Shown: positions 48,368-57,512 of the stretch, in pieces
How the letters are laid out: each line of letters begins with the position of its first letter
Position numbering within the stretch: position 1 is the first letter of the stretch
From: Candidatus Omnitrophota bacterium
Lineage (GTDB): Bacteria > Omnitrophota > Gorgyraeia > Zapsychrales > Zapsychraceae
NCBI GenBank assembly: GCA_020429915.1
Contig: JAGQKV010000031.1
Span: 2,656-66,655, forward strand
Direction: 5' to 3'
DNA: 64,000 bases
The notes under the pieces: model-generated
What the model was told of the DNA's origin: nothing
Databases searched by the model: none
What the model saw: the letters and a program-made list of their open reading frames with translations, nothing else
Position numbers and translations under genes: made by a program

Positions 48368-49702
48368 GTGACCTTCCACTTTATGACCCTTCATTCACCG
48401 ACATTCCGTCGTTCCGGAAAGGCGTTTCTTTTGCTTATGACGGGATTGACTCTCACCTCTCTGTGCGGGCGCACCGTGGTGCCGGTCCGGGCTCAATCTC
48501 AGTTGGGAGGAACCGGGGCATCCGACGCGAAGAGTAGCGAAACCTATCAGGAGTATCTGGCATTCTTCCGGGAAGTTTTCGATATCATGCGGGAGAATTA
48601 TTACAAGGATATCGATGAGGAAGACTACGACCGGTTTTTGCAAACTTTTGACCAGAAGATATTCGCCCAGCTTAAGGGGGAGGGGAAGTCGAATGACTTT
48701 GTTCGCTGGCGCAGCGCCGCATTTCTGGTCGACTTTCTGAAAGAAGACGACGATATTTTTTCCGCTTTTTATCCGCCGAAACCGGCCAAGGAGTACGAAG
48801 AAACTGCGCTGGGTAAGCGTATCGACCTTGGCCTGGAGGGAGAGCTGCTGCCGGTCGGTTTCCGGCTGACTTTCGTTGAGCCGCGCTCGAATGCCTACCA
48901 GCTGGGAATGCGGGAAAACGACTTGCTAGTCATGATCGATCAGGCAGAAGTGAGCGGTCTCAGCGAGGAGGAAGTGCGTGATCGCTTGCGGCCACTGGAA
49001 GATACGGTCGTGTCGCTGGTGTATTTGGACGGTCAAACCCGGGAGTCCAGGGGAGTCGATGTGGTTTCCGAAGAGTACTTCAAACAGGCGGTGTTCGACG
49101 TTCCCATTCCTGTGCCGGGGATTTATTGCCTGAAAATTGAGCGGTTTAACCGAAAAACTTTTGAGGATGTCTTTCGGTTTCTCACTTTTTATCGTCAACA
49201 TGGGCCGATCAAGGGGTTGATTATCGATTTGCGTGGAAATCCCGGTGGTCCGCCGTTGGCGGCCCGTGAAATCTCATCATTTTTCCTGCCGGCAGGAGAG
49301 GAATTTGCCTATTTTCAGAGGAACAACAAACCGAAGGCCGAATTGGATGTCCCCGAACTGCCCCAGGAACATCATTACGACGGCCCGCTGGCGATCCTTA
49401 TCGACGAGGGCAGCGGCAGTGCCTCGGAGCTTTTTTCAGGAGTTATGCAACAGCGCCGGCGCGCCGTTTTGCTAGGTGAAAACTCCGCCGGGCAGGTGTT
49501 TCTCAAAAGTATGTTTCCGCTGGAAGATGAATCTATGCTATTATTAGTTACCGCACGCGGCCACTATCCTGACGGCCAAGTCTTCAGCTTTCAAGGTTTA
49601 ACTCCGGACCGGCACGTGGCCAGCATGAATCAGGATGACATCCTCAAGTACGCGGCGACATACATTCTCTACGTGAACCAGAAAGACAACGCATCCCTAT
49701 GA
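48368..49702 (+). CDS. S41 family peptidase (C-terminal processing / tail-specific protease-like)
   Basis: It has a signal peptide and a PDZ-like middle. The catalytic region is IDLRGNPGGPPLAAREISSFF (Ser), with ...DEGSGSASE.... Confidence 0.72.
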   Translation: MTFHFMTLHSPTFRRSGKAFLLLMTGLTLTSLCGRTVVPVRAQSQLGGTGASDAKSSETYQEYLAFFREVFDIMRENYYKDIDEEDYDRFLQTFDQKIFAQLKGEGKSNDFVRWRSAAFLVDFLKEDDDIFSAFYPPKPAKEYEETALGKRIDLGLEGELLPVGFRLTFVEPRSNAYQLGMRENDLLVMIDQAEVSGLSEEEVRDRLRPLEDTVVSLVYLDGQTRESRGVDVVSEEYFKQAVFDVPIPVPGIYCLKIERFNRKTFEDVFRFLTFYRQHGPIKGLIIDLRGNPGGPPLAAREISSFFLPAGEEFAYFQRNNKPKAELDVPELPQEHHYDGPLAILIDEGSGSASELFSGVMQQRRRAVLLGENSAGQVFLKSMFPLEDESMLLLVTARGHYPDGQVFSFQGLTPDRHVASMNQDDILKYAATYILYVNQKDNASL

Positions 49703-50457
49703 AAAAGGCACCCGGCCTCAAGACGCTTCAGTCCGAAAAGGGCGCAGTAAATCAAGCGCGACTCCTGATCGTCGTGCCTGCCTATAATGAGGAAGGGAGT
49801 ATCCGCGCGGTGGTGTCCGATATCATTTTGTCTCCTTGGAATTTGGATGTGTTGGTTGTGAACGACGGATCGACGGACCAAACTTTTGAACAGGCGAGGG
49901 CCGCAGGAGTTAATGTGATTTCGCTACCGTTTAATCTGGGTATCGGCGGGGCGGTCCAAACCGGTTTTCAATTTGCCCTGCGTCAGGGTTACGATTTGGT
50001 GGTCCAAATGGACGGCGACGGCCAGCACGATGTCGATTTTCTCGGTACTCTGGTTAATCCCATATTGAACAATGAAGTGGATATGACGATAGGAAGCCGT
50101 TTTATCCCGCCGTATCTCGGCTATCAATCTTCGTTCGTGAGGAGGATCGGCATTAATTTCTTTGCCCGATTGTTAAGTGCTTTAACCGGATCCCCGGTGA
50201 CGGATCCGACCAGTGGATTCCGGGCCTATAACCGGAAAATGATCAATATTTTCGCCCGGTATTATCCGCACGATTTTCCGGAGCCGGAAGCTATCGTCGT
50301 GGCCGGGAGATACGGCGCGCGCATTCGTGAAGTCCCGGTGACCATGCGGGAGCGGCAAGCCGGTTCGAGTTCGATCCGTTATTTTAAAACGTTGTACTAC
50401 ATGCTCAAAGTGACACTCGCCATTTTACTGGGCCGGTTTAAGACCAAGAGGGGATAG
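49699..50457 (+). CDS. GT2 glycosyltransferase (polyprenyl-phosphate sugar synthase, GtrB/DPM1-like)
   Basis: The motifs LLIVVPAYNEEGSI...VVNDGSTDQT...QMDGDGQHD (DxD) are present. Confidence 0.75.
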   Translation: MKKAPGLKTLQSEKGAVNQARLLIVVPAYNEEGSIRAVVSDIILSPWNLDVLVVNDGSTDQTFEQARAAGVNVISLPFNLGIGGAVQTGFQFALRQGYDLVVQMDGDGQHDVDFLGTLVNPILNNEVDMTIGSRFIPPYLGYQSSFVRRIGINFFARLLSALTGSPVTDPTSGFRAYNRKMINIFARYYPHDFPEPEAIVVAGRYGARIREVPVTMRERQAGSSSIRYFKTLYYMLKVTLAILLGRFKTKRG

Positions 50458-50463
50458 CGCGAC

Positions 50464-50847
50464 ATGATCATCAAATTTATAACGGTGAGCGCAGGTTTGA
50501 TGATGGTTGTTTTTGTGCTCGAGTTGATCCGCAAAGAGCGTTTGACTTTTAAATACGCGTTTGCGTGGCTGGGTGTCGGTGCCTTGCTGGTTTTCTTTGC
50601 CGTTTTCGACGGGCTGTTGTATCAACTGGCATATGCTTTGGGATTTCAATTGCCCAGCAATTTTATATTCTTCAGTCTCTCCGGAGTTTTTGTGGTGTTG
50701 AGTTTCCTAATGACGGTTTTTTTGTGCCAGCAAAATGAGCGTAACGATTCCATGGCACAAAAAATCGGAATTCTTGAATTTGAGATCCGCCAACTGAAAG
50801 AAGAGCTTGAGCTAAAGGAAAGAGCGCATGAAAACCAAAAATCTTGA
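50464..50847 (+). CDS. DUF2304-like small membrane protein
   Basis: It has 3 TM helices and a C-terminal coiled coil (EFEIRQLKEELELKE). It lies downstream of a GtrB-like GT2, which is a recurrent pairing. Confidence 0.45.
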   Translation: MIIKFITVSAGLMMVVFVLELIRKERLTFKYAFAWLGVGALLVFFAVFDGLLYQLAYALGFQLPSNFIFFSLSGVFVVLSFLMTVFLCQQNERNDSMAQKIGILEFEIRQLKEELELKERAHENQKS

Positions 50848-51499
50848 ATTGCCCGGGGCTCAGGATTGGAACCATTACTGGGAACGGGGGCAAACCCAGC
50901 GCTTCACCCGTGTCAGCTGGTCCAAGCGGAGGATCATTCGGATGCTGCAGCCGTACTTGAAGACCGGGTGCCATGCGCTCGATGCCGGTTGCGGAAGCGG
51001 ATTCTTTTCACAATTCTTTTGCGAAAGCGGAATGCGCGCCACAGCCCTCGACTACTCGCGGTCTGCTCTTGAAATTGCCGGGTCCAAGACCCGGGGCCGT
51101 GCCAAACTGGTCCAGGCGAATTTGGTGGAAGATGACCTGTCTGTTAAGTTAACGGACCGTTATCACCTCGTTTTTACCGACGGACTTTTGGAGCACTTTG
51201 TTCCCGCCGACCAGGACCGTATTATCCGCAATTTAATGAGTATCCTCGTCGACGATGGCGTGATTGTCACCTTCGTTCCCAACCGCTGGTCGCCGTGGGA
51301 GCTCATCCGACCGCTTTATATGCCGGGCATAAAAGAAGACCCCTTCCGTTTGGGGGAGCTGGTCGACCTGCATGAGCGGAATCATCTTAAGGTCCTCGCC
51401 CGCGGCGGGGTCAATACGGTTCCTTTTGCTTTTTCCCCCGACGGACTCTTCGGTTCGGTTTTCGGGATGTTATTGTTTACCATTGCCAAATTACGATGA
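50828..51499 (+). CDS. class I SAM-dependent methyltransferase
   Basis: Motif I (ALDAGCGSGFFS) is present, as is motif post-I (…ALDYSRSALE). Confidence 0.7.
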   Translation: MKTKNLELPGAQDWNHYWERGQTQRFTRVSWSKRRIIRMLQPYLKTGCHALDAGCGSGFFSQFFCESGMRATALDYSRSALEIAGSKTRGRAKLVQANLVEDDLSVKLTDRYHLVFTDGLLEHFVPADQDRIIRNLMSILVDDGVIVTFVPNRWSPWELIRPLYMPGIKEDPFRLGELVDLHERNHLKVLARGGVNTVPFAFSPDGLFGSVFGMLLFTIAKLR

Positions 51500-52479
51500 C
51501 ACAACCATCCGTTGCGGTCGTCATTCCCGCTTTTAACGCTGAGCAGACCTTGCCTTTCTGTTTGCAGGCGGTAACATCTCAGAACATCCCCCCTCAGGAA
51601 ATTATCGTTGTGGACGACGGATCCTCAGACCGGACTTCGGCCGTGGCCGGTTCTTTTCCCGAAGTGCGCTGTGTGCGACAGGATAATGCCGGGCCGGCAG
51701 CCGCCCGCAACCGCGGTCAGCGCGAGACCGGGGCGGATATCGTTTTGTTCACGGATTCTGATTGTGTTCCGGCTCCCGATTGGGTGGCTGCGGCAGCGGC
51801 CGGGTTTGTGAGGGAAGATATCGGGGCTGTGGCCGGAAGCTACGATATCATCAATCCCGGGTCGCGGCTGGCTCGCTGCATTCACGCGGAGATTTTGTAC
51901 CGGCATCTGCGCTTGCTGCCGGAATATCCCCGGGCTTTCGGGAGTTTTAACGTGGCCATTCGGCGGGATGTCTATGTCGGGGTGGGTGGTTTTGACGAGT
52001 CGTATCCGGCGGCCTCCGGAGAGGATAATGACCTGAGCTACCGGATCCGGCGGGCCGGGTATAAGATCCGCTTCGATCCCCGTTCGCGGGTCGGCCATCA
52101 CCACCCGGAACGGGTCGTGCGTTATCTGCGGGAGCAGTTCCGGCACGGTTTCTGGCGGGTTAAAATGTACCGCGCACATCCGCATATGGCCGGGGGGGAC
52201 GATTATACTTTCTGGAAGGATATTGCGGAGGTGGGGTTGGCGGGATTGACAGGATTGGCGTTGCTGATTTTACCGTTCGGTCTGCCGGCTGTGTGCGTGG
52301 TCGTCTTGGGTGGAGCCCTCATGCTGCTGCAAGCAGGTTTCTGTTTCCGGATCTGTCCTAACATGTTTGACGGAATTTTTTACTCGCTGGTATTGTTTTT
52401 GCGTGCATTCGCGCGTGCCATAGGTTTCTCGTCGGGGATGTTGTCGTCATTCGGCCGCCGAAAAACAAAAAAAAGCTAA
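51496..52479 (+). CDS. GT2 glycosyltransferase with C-terminal membrane helices
   Basis: It has VVIPAFNAEQTL...VVDDGSSDRT...FTDSDCV (DxD) and two C-terminal TM segments. Confidence 0.72.
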   Translation: MTQPSVAVVIPAFNAEQTLPFCLQAVTSQNIPPQEIIVVDDGSSDRTSAVAGSFPEVRCVRQDNAGPAAARNRGQRETGADIVLFTDSDCVPAPDWVAAAAAGFVREDIGAVAGSYDIINPGSRLARCIHAEILYRHLRLLPEYPRAFGSFNVAIRRDVYVGVGGFDESYPAASGEDNDLSYRIRRAGYKIRFDPRSRVGHHHPERVVRYLREQFRHGFWRVKMYRAHPHMAGGDDYTFWKDIAEVGLAGLTGLALLILPFGLPAVCVVVLGGALMLLQAGFCFRICPNMFDGIFYSLVLFLRAFARAIGFSSGMLSSFGRRKTKKS

Positions 52480-52614
52480 AATTGGCTTGTGCCGATAGGG
52501 GCATATGCTAATATAAGGACGTGTTCAAGACCCTAGTCAGATTTTTCGAACCATATTTCGCTATAATTGGAAGGTCATATCTTTCAACAAGATCGATGTC
52601 GTGTCCAAACCGGG

Positions 52615-52633
52615 CCGGGGGACGCCCGGTTTT
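52615..52633 (+). terminator. possible intrinsic terminator (CCGGG-ggacg-CCCGG-TTTT)
   Basis: A short GC hairpin is followed by a T run, about 135 nt downstream of the GT2 stop. The stem is short. Confidence 0.3.
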
Positions 52634-52995
52634 GGCCGGGACAATGAGCCAGACCCATCTTCATCACGCCGCAACTCAGTCCATCCACTTGGGTTCACTT
52701 CATTCCGCCGCGTCTTTCGGATCTTGTTGGTGTTATCCGATGCTATTGAATTTCCTCCATTTTTTTCTTGCAGAATTAGTCAGACGGGCCGATTCCGTTT
52801 TGGACATATTGGCTAAAACTGTTTGCCGTGTTACGTCCACTGAATGTGAAATCCGTGTTTTTCCGGTAACCTGTGGCCGGGAAAATAGCGTTTTCTCGAC
52901 GAGAAAATTGTTCGCGTAGTGATTTTAAATTTATTAAGAAAAAAAAAGAATTTCATCTTGTATTTAGAGATACGTAACTATAAGATTATAACTAT

Positions 52996-53616
52996 ATGAT
53001 TTTGAAGAAGAAAGAAACTGCTGAGCAAAAGCTCCTTAAAATGATCGAGGCGTCTTCCGGAGATGCCGGCGCGGCGTCCCGTGCACAACGCAAAACGTCT
53101 CGCCAGCAAGATGCTTTGTCTCTGCTGAAGACGTTCAACAGTCTGTTGCTGATTTTGATTGTCGGGGTGGCCGTCCTTGTCGGTCTCGAGATCAAAAAGG
53201 GCATGGACATCATGGGAGCGGGCATAGATATCCAGGCGGAACGGGGGATGACAGACTCGATGGACGGTGACAAAGTGCATACGGTCCAAAAATTACCGTT
53301 TTATCTGGCCGGTGTAAACCGTCGCAACATTTTCCGGCCCTATGACGAACAGATCTTTGCCGACGTCAGCCCTGTTCAGGAGCTAATGACCATTACCCGC
53401 AAGACCGAAAATCTTCGTTTGGTAGGGATTTCCTGGATGGATCGCGTCGAAAGCGCCTCGGCGATGATTGAAGATACCGAAAAGCAGGTCACCTACTTCC
53501 TGCAAAAAGGTGAAAAAATCGGCAATATCGAAGTCAAGACTATCTACGCCGACAGCGTGGAACTTGCTCTTGAAAACGAGGAGATGATACTGAGATATGA
53601 CAAACCACAACTGTAA
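52996..53616 (+). CDS. bitopic membrane protein upstream of secretin (possible PilP/GspC-like accessory)
   Basis: The 206-aa product has a cytoplasmic N-terminus, one TM (LLLILIVGVAVLVGL) and a periplasmic domain. It overlaps the secretin start by 20 nt. The AT-rich upstream has TATAAGATTATAACTATATG. Confidence 0.35.
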   Translation: MILKKKETAEQKLLKMIEASSGDAGAASRAQRKTSRQQDALSLLKTFNSLLLILIVGVAVLVGLEIKKGMDIMGAGIDIQAERGMTDSMDGDKVHTVQKLPFYLAGVNRRNIFRPYDEQIFADVSPVQELMTITRKTENLRLVGISWMDRVESASAMIEDTEKQVTYFLQKGEKIGNIEVKTIYADSVELALENEEMILRYDKPQL

Positions 53617-55198
53617 AAAGACTGTACGACGGCGAGCATTTCTCCCGCTCTTGGGCGCCCTCGCGTTGGTTGCCGGTAATTCCACGTTCGCGGCGGCGCA
53701 GGCCCCGCGTCCGATCCAGGTAAAAAACTACGAAGAAGAGATACTTAAACGTATGCAGCGGACGATCACCCTGGATGTCCGGGATATGAACATCGTCGAC
53801 GTCATCAAGTTCCTGGCCCTGAAAGGGGATTTCAATGTGGTCATTTCCCCAACCGTCGAGGGAAGATCGACAGTCTTGTTGAACAGCGTGACCATTAAGG
53901 ATGCGCTTGATATCGTTATTATTTCCAATAACTTAGCGTATAAGATTCAGGGTGAGATTGTTCAGATCATGACTTCTGCCGAGTATGAATCGATGTTCGG
54001 TAAACGTTTTGGCGATCAGACGGTCGTGGCCATTGAGCGCCTGAATTATGCCAAGCCCAGTTACGCTCTGGCCGCGCTGGACAGCATTAAGAGCAACGTT
54101 GGGCGCATTATTATAGATGAAGACACCGGGTCGGTGGTTATGATCGACACCCCCGAATCCATCGCTAAAATGCGTCAGGCCATCCAGGAGATCGAAAAGC
54201 CTTTGGAAACATATATTTACACGCTCCAGTATGCCAGCGCGGACGTGGTGGCCAATAAGTTGCGCGCGCGCATTGATGCCAAGGCTGTCGGTTCGATCAC
54301 GCCCGATGAACGCTCGAACAAGCTCATCGTCCGGGCTTTTCCCGAACGCCGCCGCGAAATCGAAATGATCGTGAAGAAGCTCGACTCTCCCACAAAGGAG
54401 GTGCTAGTCGACGCACGTATTCTCCAAGTCGTTCTCAATCCGGAGTATGACGTGGGCATTGATTGGAACAAGGATTTTCGCAAGAGCGGTGACGATGAAT
54501 TGCGAAAGCTCCAATTTAACAACATTTATCTCAATGCCGACAATTTGTCCAATAGTGACAACCTGGCCAATACATTCGGTCAGGTTGCCTTCGGGGATAT
54601 CAATGTTGATTCATTTGAGCTGACTTTGCGCGCCTTGCGCCAAGTCAGCGAAACCAAGATCTTGTCCAATCCCAAAATCCTGGTGACCAATAATGAAGAA
54701 GCCAAGATTCACATCGGCGATACGGTTCCGTACATCATATCCACCACTTCGGGAACAGGAGACAATGCGATTACAAGCGAAGATGTCCGGTTTATTGATG
54801 TCGGTCTCAAACTCAACGTGACGCCGATCATCAATGACGAAGGCTTTGTGACCATGCGCCTGCGTCCGGAGATCTCCACTATTGTCGGTGTCGTCGAGTC
54901 ACAGGGCGGCGGCATCCCGCAGGTGAATAAGACCGAAGTGGAAACGACGGTCATGGTGCACGACGGGCACAGTATTGTCTTGGGCGGACTTAAAAAAGAT
55001 GACCGGGTCCACTCCAAGAAGGGCTTTCCGGCACTAATGGATGTTCCGGTCATGGGGGCTCTCTTTGGCCGGACATCCGATGAGTATGCTCAAACCGAGA
55101 TCGTTATATTTCTGACACCGCACGTTGTTAAAGGCCACGAAGATTACGCGCAGATGAATGGCAACATCAAACCTTTTAAATCGTATAGTAACGAATAA
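53597..55198 (+). CDS. outer-membrane secretin (T2SS GspD / T4P PilQ family)
   Basis: It has a signal peptide and an N0-like domain (NIVDVIKFLALKGDFNVVISPTVEGRSTVLLNSVTIKDALDIVIISNNLAY). The C-terminal secretin domain carries ...KILSNPKILVTNNEEAKIHIGDTVPY... and ...SIVLGGLKKD....IVIFLTPHVV. Confidence 0.8.
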   Translation: MTNHNCKKTVRRRAFLPLLGALALVAGNSTFAAAQAPRPIQVKNYEEEILKRMQRTITLDVRDMNIVDVIKFLALKGDFNVVISPTVEGRSTVLLNSVTIKDALDIVIISNNLAYKIQGEIVQIMTSAEYESMFGKRFGDQTVVAIERLNYAKPSYALAALDSIKSNVGRIIIDEDTGSVVMIDTPESIAKMRQAIQEIEKPLETYIYTLQYASADVVANKLRARIDAKAVGSITPDERSNKLIVRAFPERRREIEMIVKKLDSPTKEVLVDARILQVVLNPEYDVGIDWNKDFRKSGDDELRKLQFNNIYLNADNLSNSDNLANTFGQVAFGDINVDSFELTLRALRQVSETKILSNPKILVTNNEEAKIHIGDTVPYIISTTSGTGDNAITSEDVRFIDVGLKLNVTPIINDEGFVTMRLRPEISTIVGVVESQGGGIPQVNKTEVETTVMVHDGHSIVLGGLKKDDRVHSKKGFPALMDVPVMGALFGRTSDEYAQTEIVIFLTPHVVKGHEDYAQMNGNIKPFKSYSNE

Positions 55199-55206
55199 CA
55201 AACTTT

Positions 55207-55734
55207 ATGACAAAGGGCTTACATATGCGCCAAAGAGGACTTGAGATGAAAAGCAGCCACCATCCGACGATAATTGTGTGTCTTATGTGCAGCCTCATAC
55301 TCGGCTTGGTTGGAACCGCCGGAGCGCAACTCGAAGGCAAAGAGATTCGCAACCGCGAACACCAGACGCTCGATCTTTTGTCCAATATCGATACCTACAA
55401 TATCAACGATGAACGTCTGCGCATGGATGCGGCGAAGGCGCACTACAATATGGGCAACATATACTTTCAGAAGGGGTACTACGAGATCGCCGCGCGCGAG
55501 TACTATCAGGCGGTTACCCTGATGCCCAACGACCCCGACACGCATTTCAATCTCGCTTTTGTCAGTAGTGAGTATCTAAGGGATTTCAAGACGGCGCTAA
55601 AGCACTACAAAATGTACCTTTATCTGAACCCGGACGCTAAGGATCGCGCCTTCGTGAACGAAAAGATTATGCACGCCCAGTTGGAAATCCGGGGAACTCT
55701 GGACTCCATTCTGGAAAAAGATATCAATAAGTAA
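55207..55734 (+). CDS. TPR-repeat protein with signal peptide (pilotin/PilF-like?)
   Basis: It has an N-terminal hydrophobic segment and then TPRs (AHYNMGNIYFQKGYYEIAAREYYQAVTLMPNDPDTHFNLAFV...). It lies immediately downstream of the secretin. Confidence 0.55.
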   Translation: MTKGLHMRQRGLEMKSSHHPTIIVCLMCSLILGLVGTAGAQLEGKEIRNREHQTLDLLSNIDTYNINDERLRMDAAKAHYNMGNIYFQKGYYEIAAREYYQAVTLMPNDPDTHFNLAFVSSEYLRDFKTALKHYKMYLYLNPDAKDRAFVNEKIMHAQLEIRGTLDSILEKDINK

Positions 55735-55895
55735 CTTGAGTGAGTTGTCGTTTGTGTCATTGGCGCATTCACCATCGGTTGGCAAATTAACGCAATAACT
55801 TTGAGTGATCTACAGTAAATCGGATGATTTACCGCCTGAAAACTGTGTGATTCATCAGCCCATATGTTGTATCCCGGTCGGACCGGGCACAACGG

Positions 55896-57512
55896 GTGGT
55901 ATCATTCGGTAGGTCCTACAGTCACATGCGAAATTTATTTTTAGTCAATCTTCAGATCCCCTCAATATTATTTATATTATTGTTTTGCGGATCCGACGCC
56001 CTCGCCAGCAATCTCTCCGTGTCCAATGTCGCCATCGCCTCCCGTAATCCGTCAACCAAAAAGCTGACCGCCACGTTCGATCTTACCTGGGAAAACGCCT
56101 GGAAAACCAAAATCAACCACGATGCTGTATGGGTCACGCTCCGTCTGCATAAGGCAGGAGCCAATCCCGTGGCCAAGAAATTGTGCCCGTTGTCGGCCTC
56201 TGGTCTGAACCCCGCGGGTACGGGAACCGGCACATCCCCCAATATCGAAGTTTATGTTCCCGCGGACAAAGCCGGGGCGTTCTTCCGTTTATCCGACTAC
56301 GGCATCCGGCCTGACGTCGTTTCCCAGGGCGTACAACTGGAGATCGATTACGAAGCCTGCGGATTCGCGGCGGATGACTCGGTCTATCTAAGTGTCTTGG
56401 GGCTTGAGATGGTCTACATCCCGAAGGGTGCTTTCTATGCCGGTGACTATGGGACAAGTACGGCGGTTTTGACCGAAGGCAGCGCGGATACCGATCCGTG
56501 GCACCTTACATCAGCCGGGCCTTTGTCCGTTTCCAACCCGACCATGGACGGCTACCGGTATTCCGCCGTCGGCCACGCGGGCGAGGATGCCTCCGGCAGC
56601 GCCTTCTCGGTACCGGCCGCATTTCCCAATGGTTATAAGGCGTTTTACGTGATGAAATATGAGTTGACTGAGGGACAGTGGGTTGAATTTCTGAATTCAC
56701 TGCCATCCGCGGCGGCGCGTGCTCATCATGATTTGACCGATAATAATCACAAAAACAGCGACGCGGTACGTGCCAGAAACACTGTCAGTTGTTCCGGGTC
56801 TCCGGTAACCTGCTCGACACAACGGCCCTACCGGGCGGCAGGTTATTTGTCGTGGATGGATCTGGCGGCTTTTCTGGACTGGGCGGCCCTGCGCCCCATG
56901 ACTGAACTGGAATATGAAAAGGCCTCCCGCGGACCGGTCGTTCCGGAAGAGGGCGAATTTCCCTGGGGAGACCAAACGATAACCGCCGCAAACACCGTGA
57001 CGACAGGCGACGAAGGCGGGGCCGAACGCGTCCTGACAACGGGCGCTAACGCCCACTTCGGTAGCGCCGTAATCAGCGGCGGTGATTCCGTGTACGGTGC
57101 TGAATACGCATACGGCCCCTTGCGCCAGGGGATTTTCGCCGGTTCCGAATCCACCCGTGTTAGCGCGGGCGCCTCCTATTACGGTGTCATGGAGCTTTCC
57201 GGAAATGTATGGGAACGGACCGTGACCATCGGCAATGCCAGCGGTCGTAATTTTGCCGGTACACACGGTGACGGGATGCTTTCCACGGCAAGCGGTTTCG
57301 AGGGATACGCGAATCAATCCGATTGGCCGGGAATTAATCCTACGCCGGCCCGCGGAGTGGACGGCGCCGACGGATCGGGGTACCGGGGCGGAAGTTTTGC
57401 CGCGTCCCAGGGGACGCTGCGCGTATCCGACCGTTCCAGGGCCGCGGAGACCAACACCGCCGCATCTTCCGACAGCGGCGGCAGAGGAGTAAGGACTGAT
57501 GATGCCAATTGA
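55896..57512 (+). CDS. secreted FGE-sulfatase (SUMF1/GldJ/GldK-type) domain protein, paralog A
   Basis: It has a signal peptide. Strong FGE-family motifs are present: YVMKYELTEGQWVEFLN, ...GYLSWMDLAAFLDWAALRPMTELEYEKASRG (WxDAxAYxxW...PTEAEWE pattern), GNVWER and YRGGSF. A novel ~170-aa N-terminal domain precedes them. Confidence 0.7.
   Translation: MVSFGRSYSHMRNLFLVNLQIPSILFILLFCGSDALASNLSVSNVAIASRNPSTKKLTATFDLTWENAWKTKINHDAVWVTLRLHKAGANPVAKKLCPLSASGLNPAGTGTGTSPNIEVYVPADKAGAFFRLSDYGIRPDVVSQGVQLEIDYEACGFAADDSVYLSVLGLEMVYIPKGAFYAGDYGTSTAVLTEGSADTDPWHLTSAGPLSVSNPTMDGYRYSAVGHAGEDASGSAFSVPAAFPNGYKAFYVMKYELTEGQWVEFLNSLPSAAARAHHDLTDNNHKNSDAVRARNTVSCSGSPVTCSTQRPYRAAGYLSWMDLAAFLDWAALRPMTELEYEKASRGPVVPEEGEFPWGDQTITAANTVTTGDEGGAERVLTTGANAHFGSAVISGGDSVYGAEYAYGPLRQGIFAGSESTRVSAGASYYGVMELSGNVWERTVTIGNASGRNFAGTHGDGMLSTASGFEGYANQSDWPGINPTPARGVDGADGSGYRGGSFAASQGTLRVSDRSRAAETNTAASSDSGGRGVRTDDAN

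Noticed and set aside
52521-52919. 132-aa ORF in the long intergenic region
   Set aside because: It has no RBS, atypical amino-acid composition and no recognisable domain. I treated the region as non-coding.
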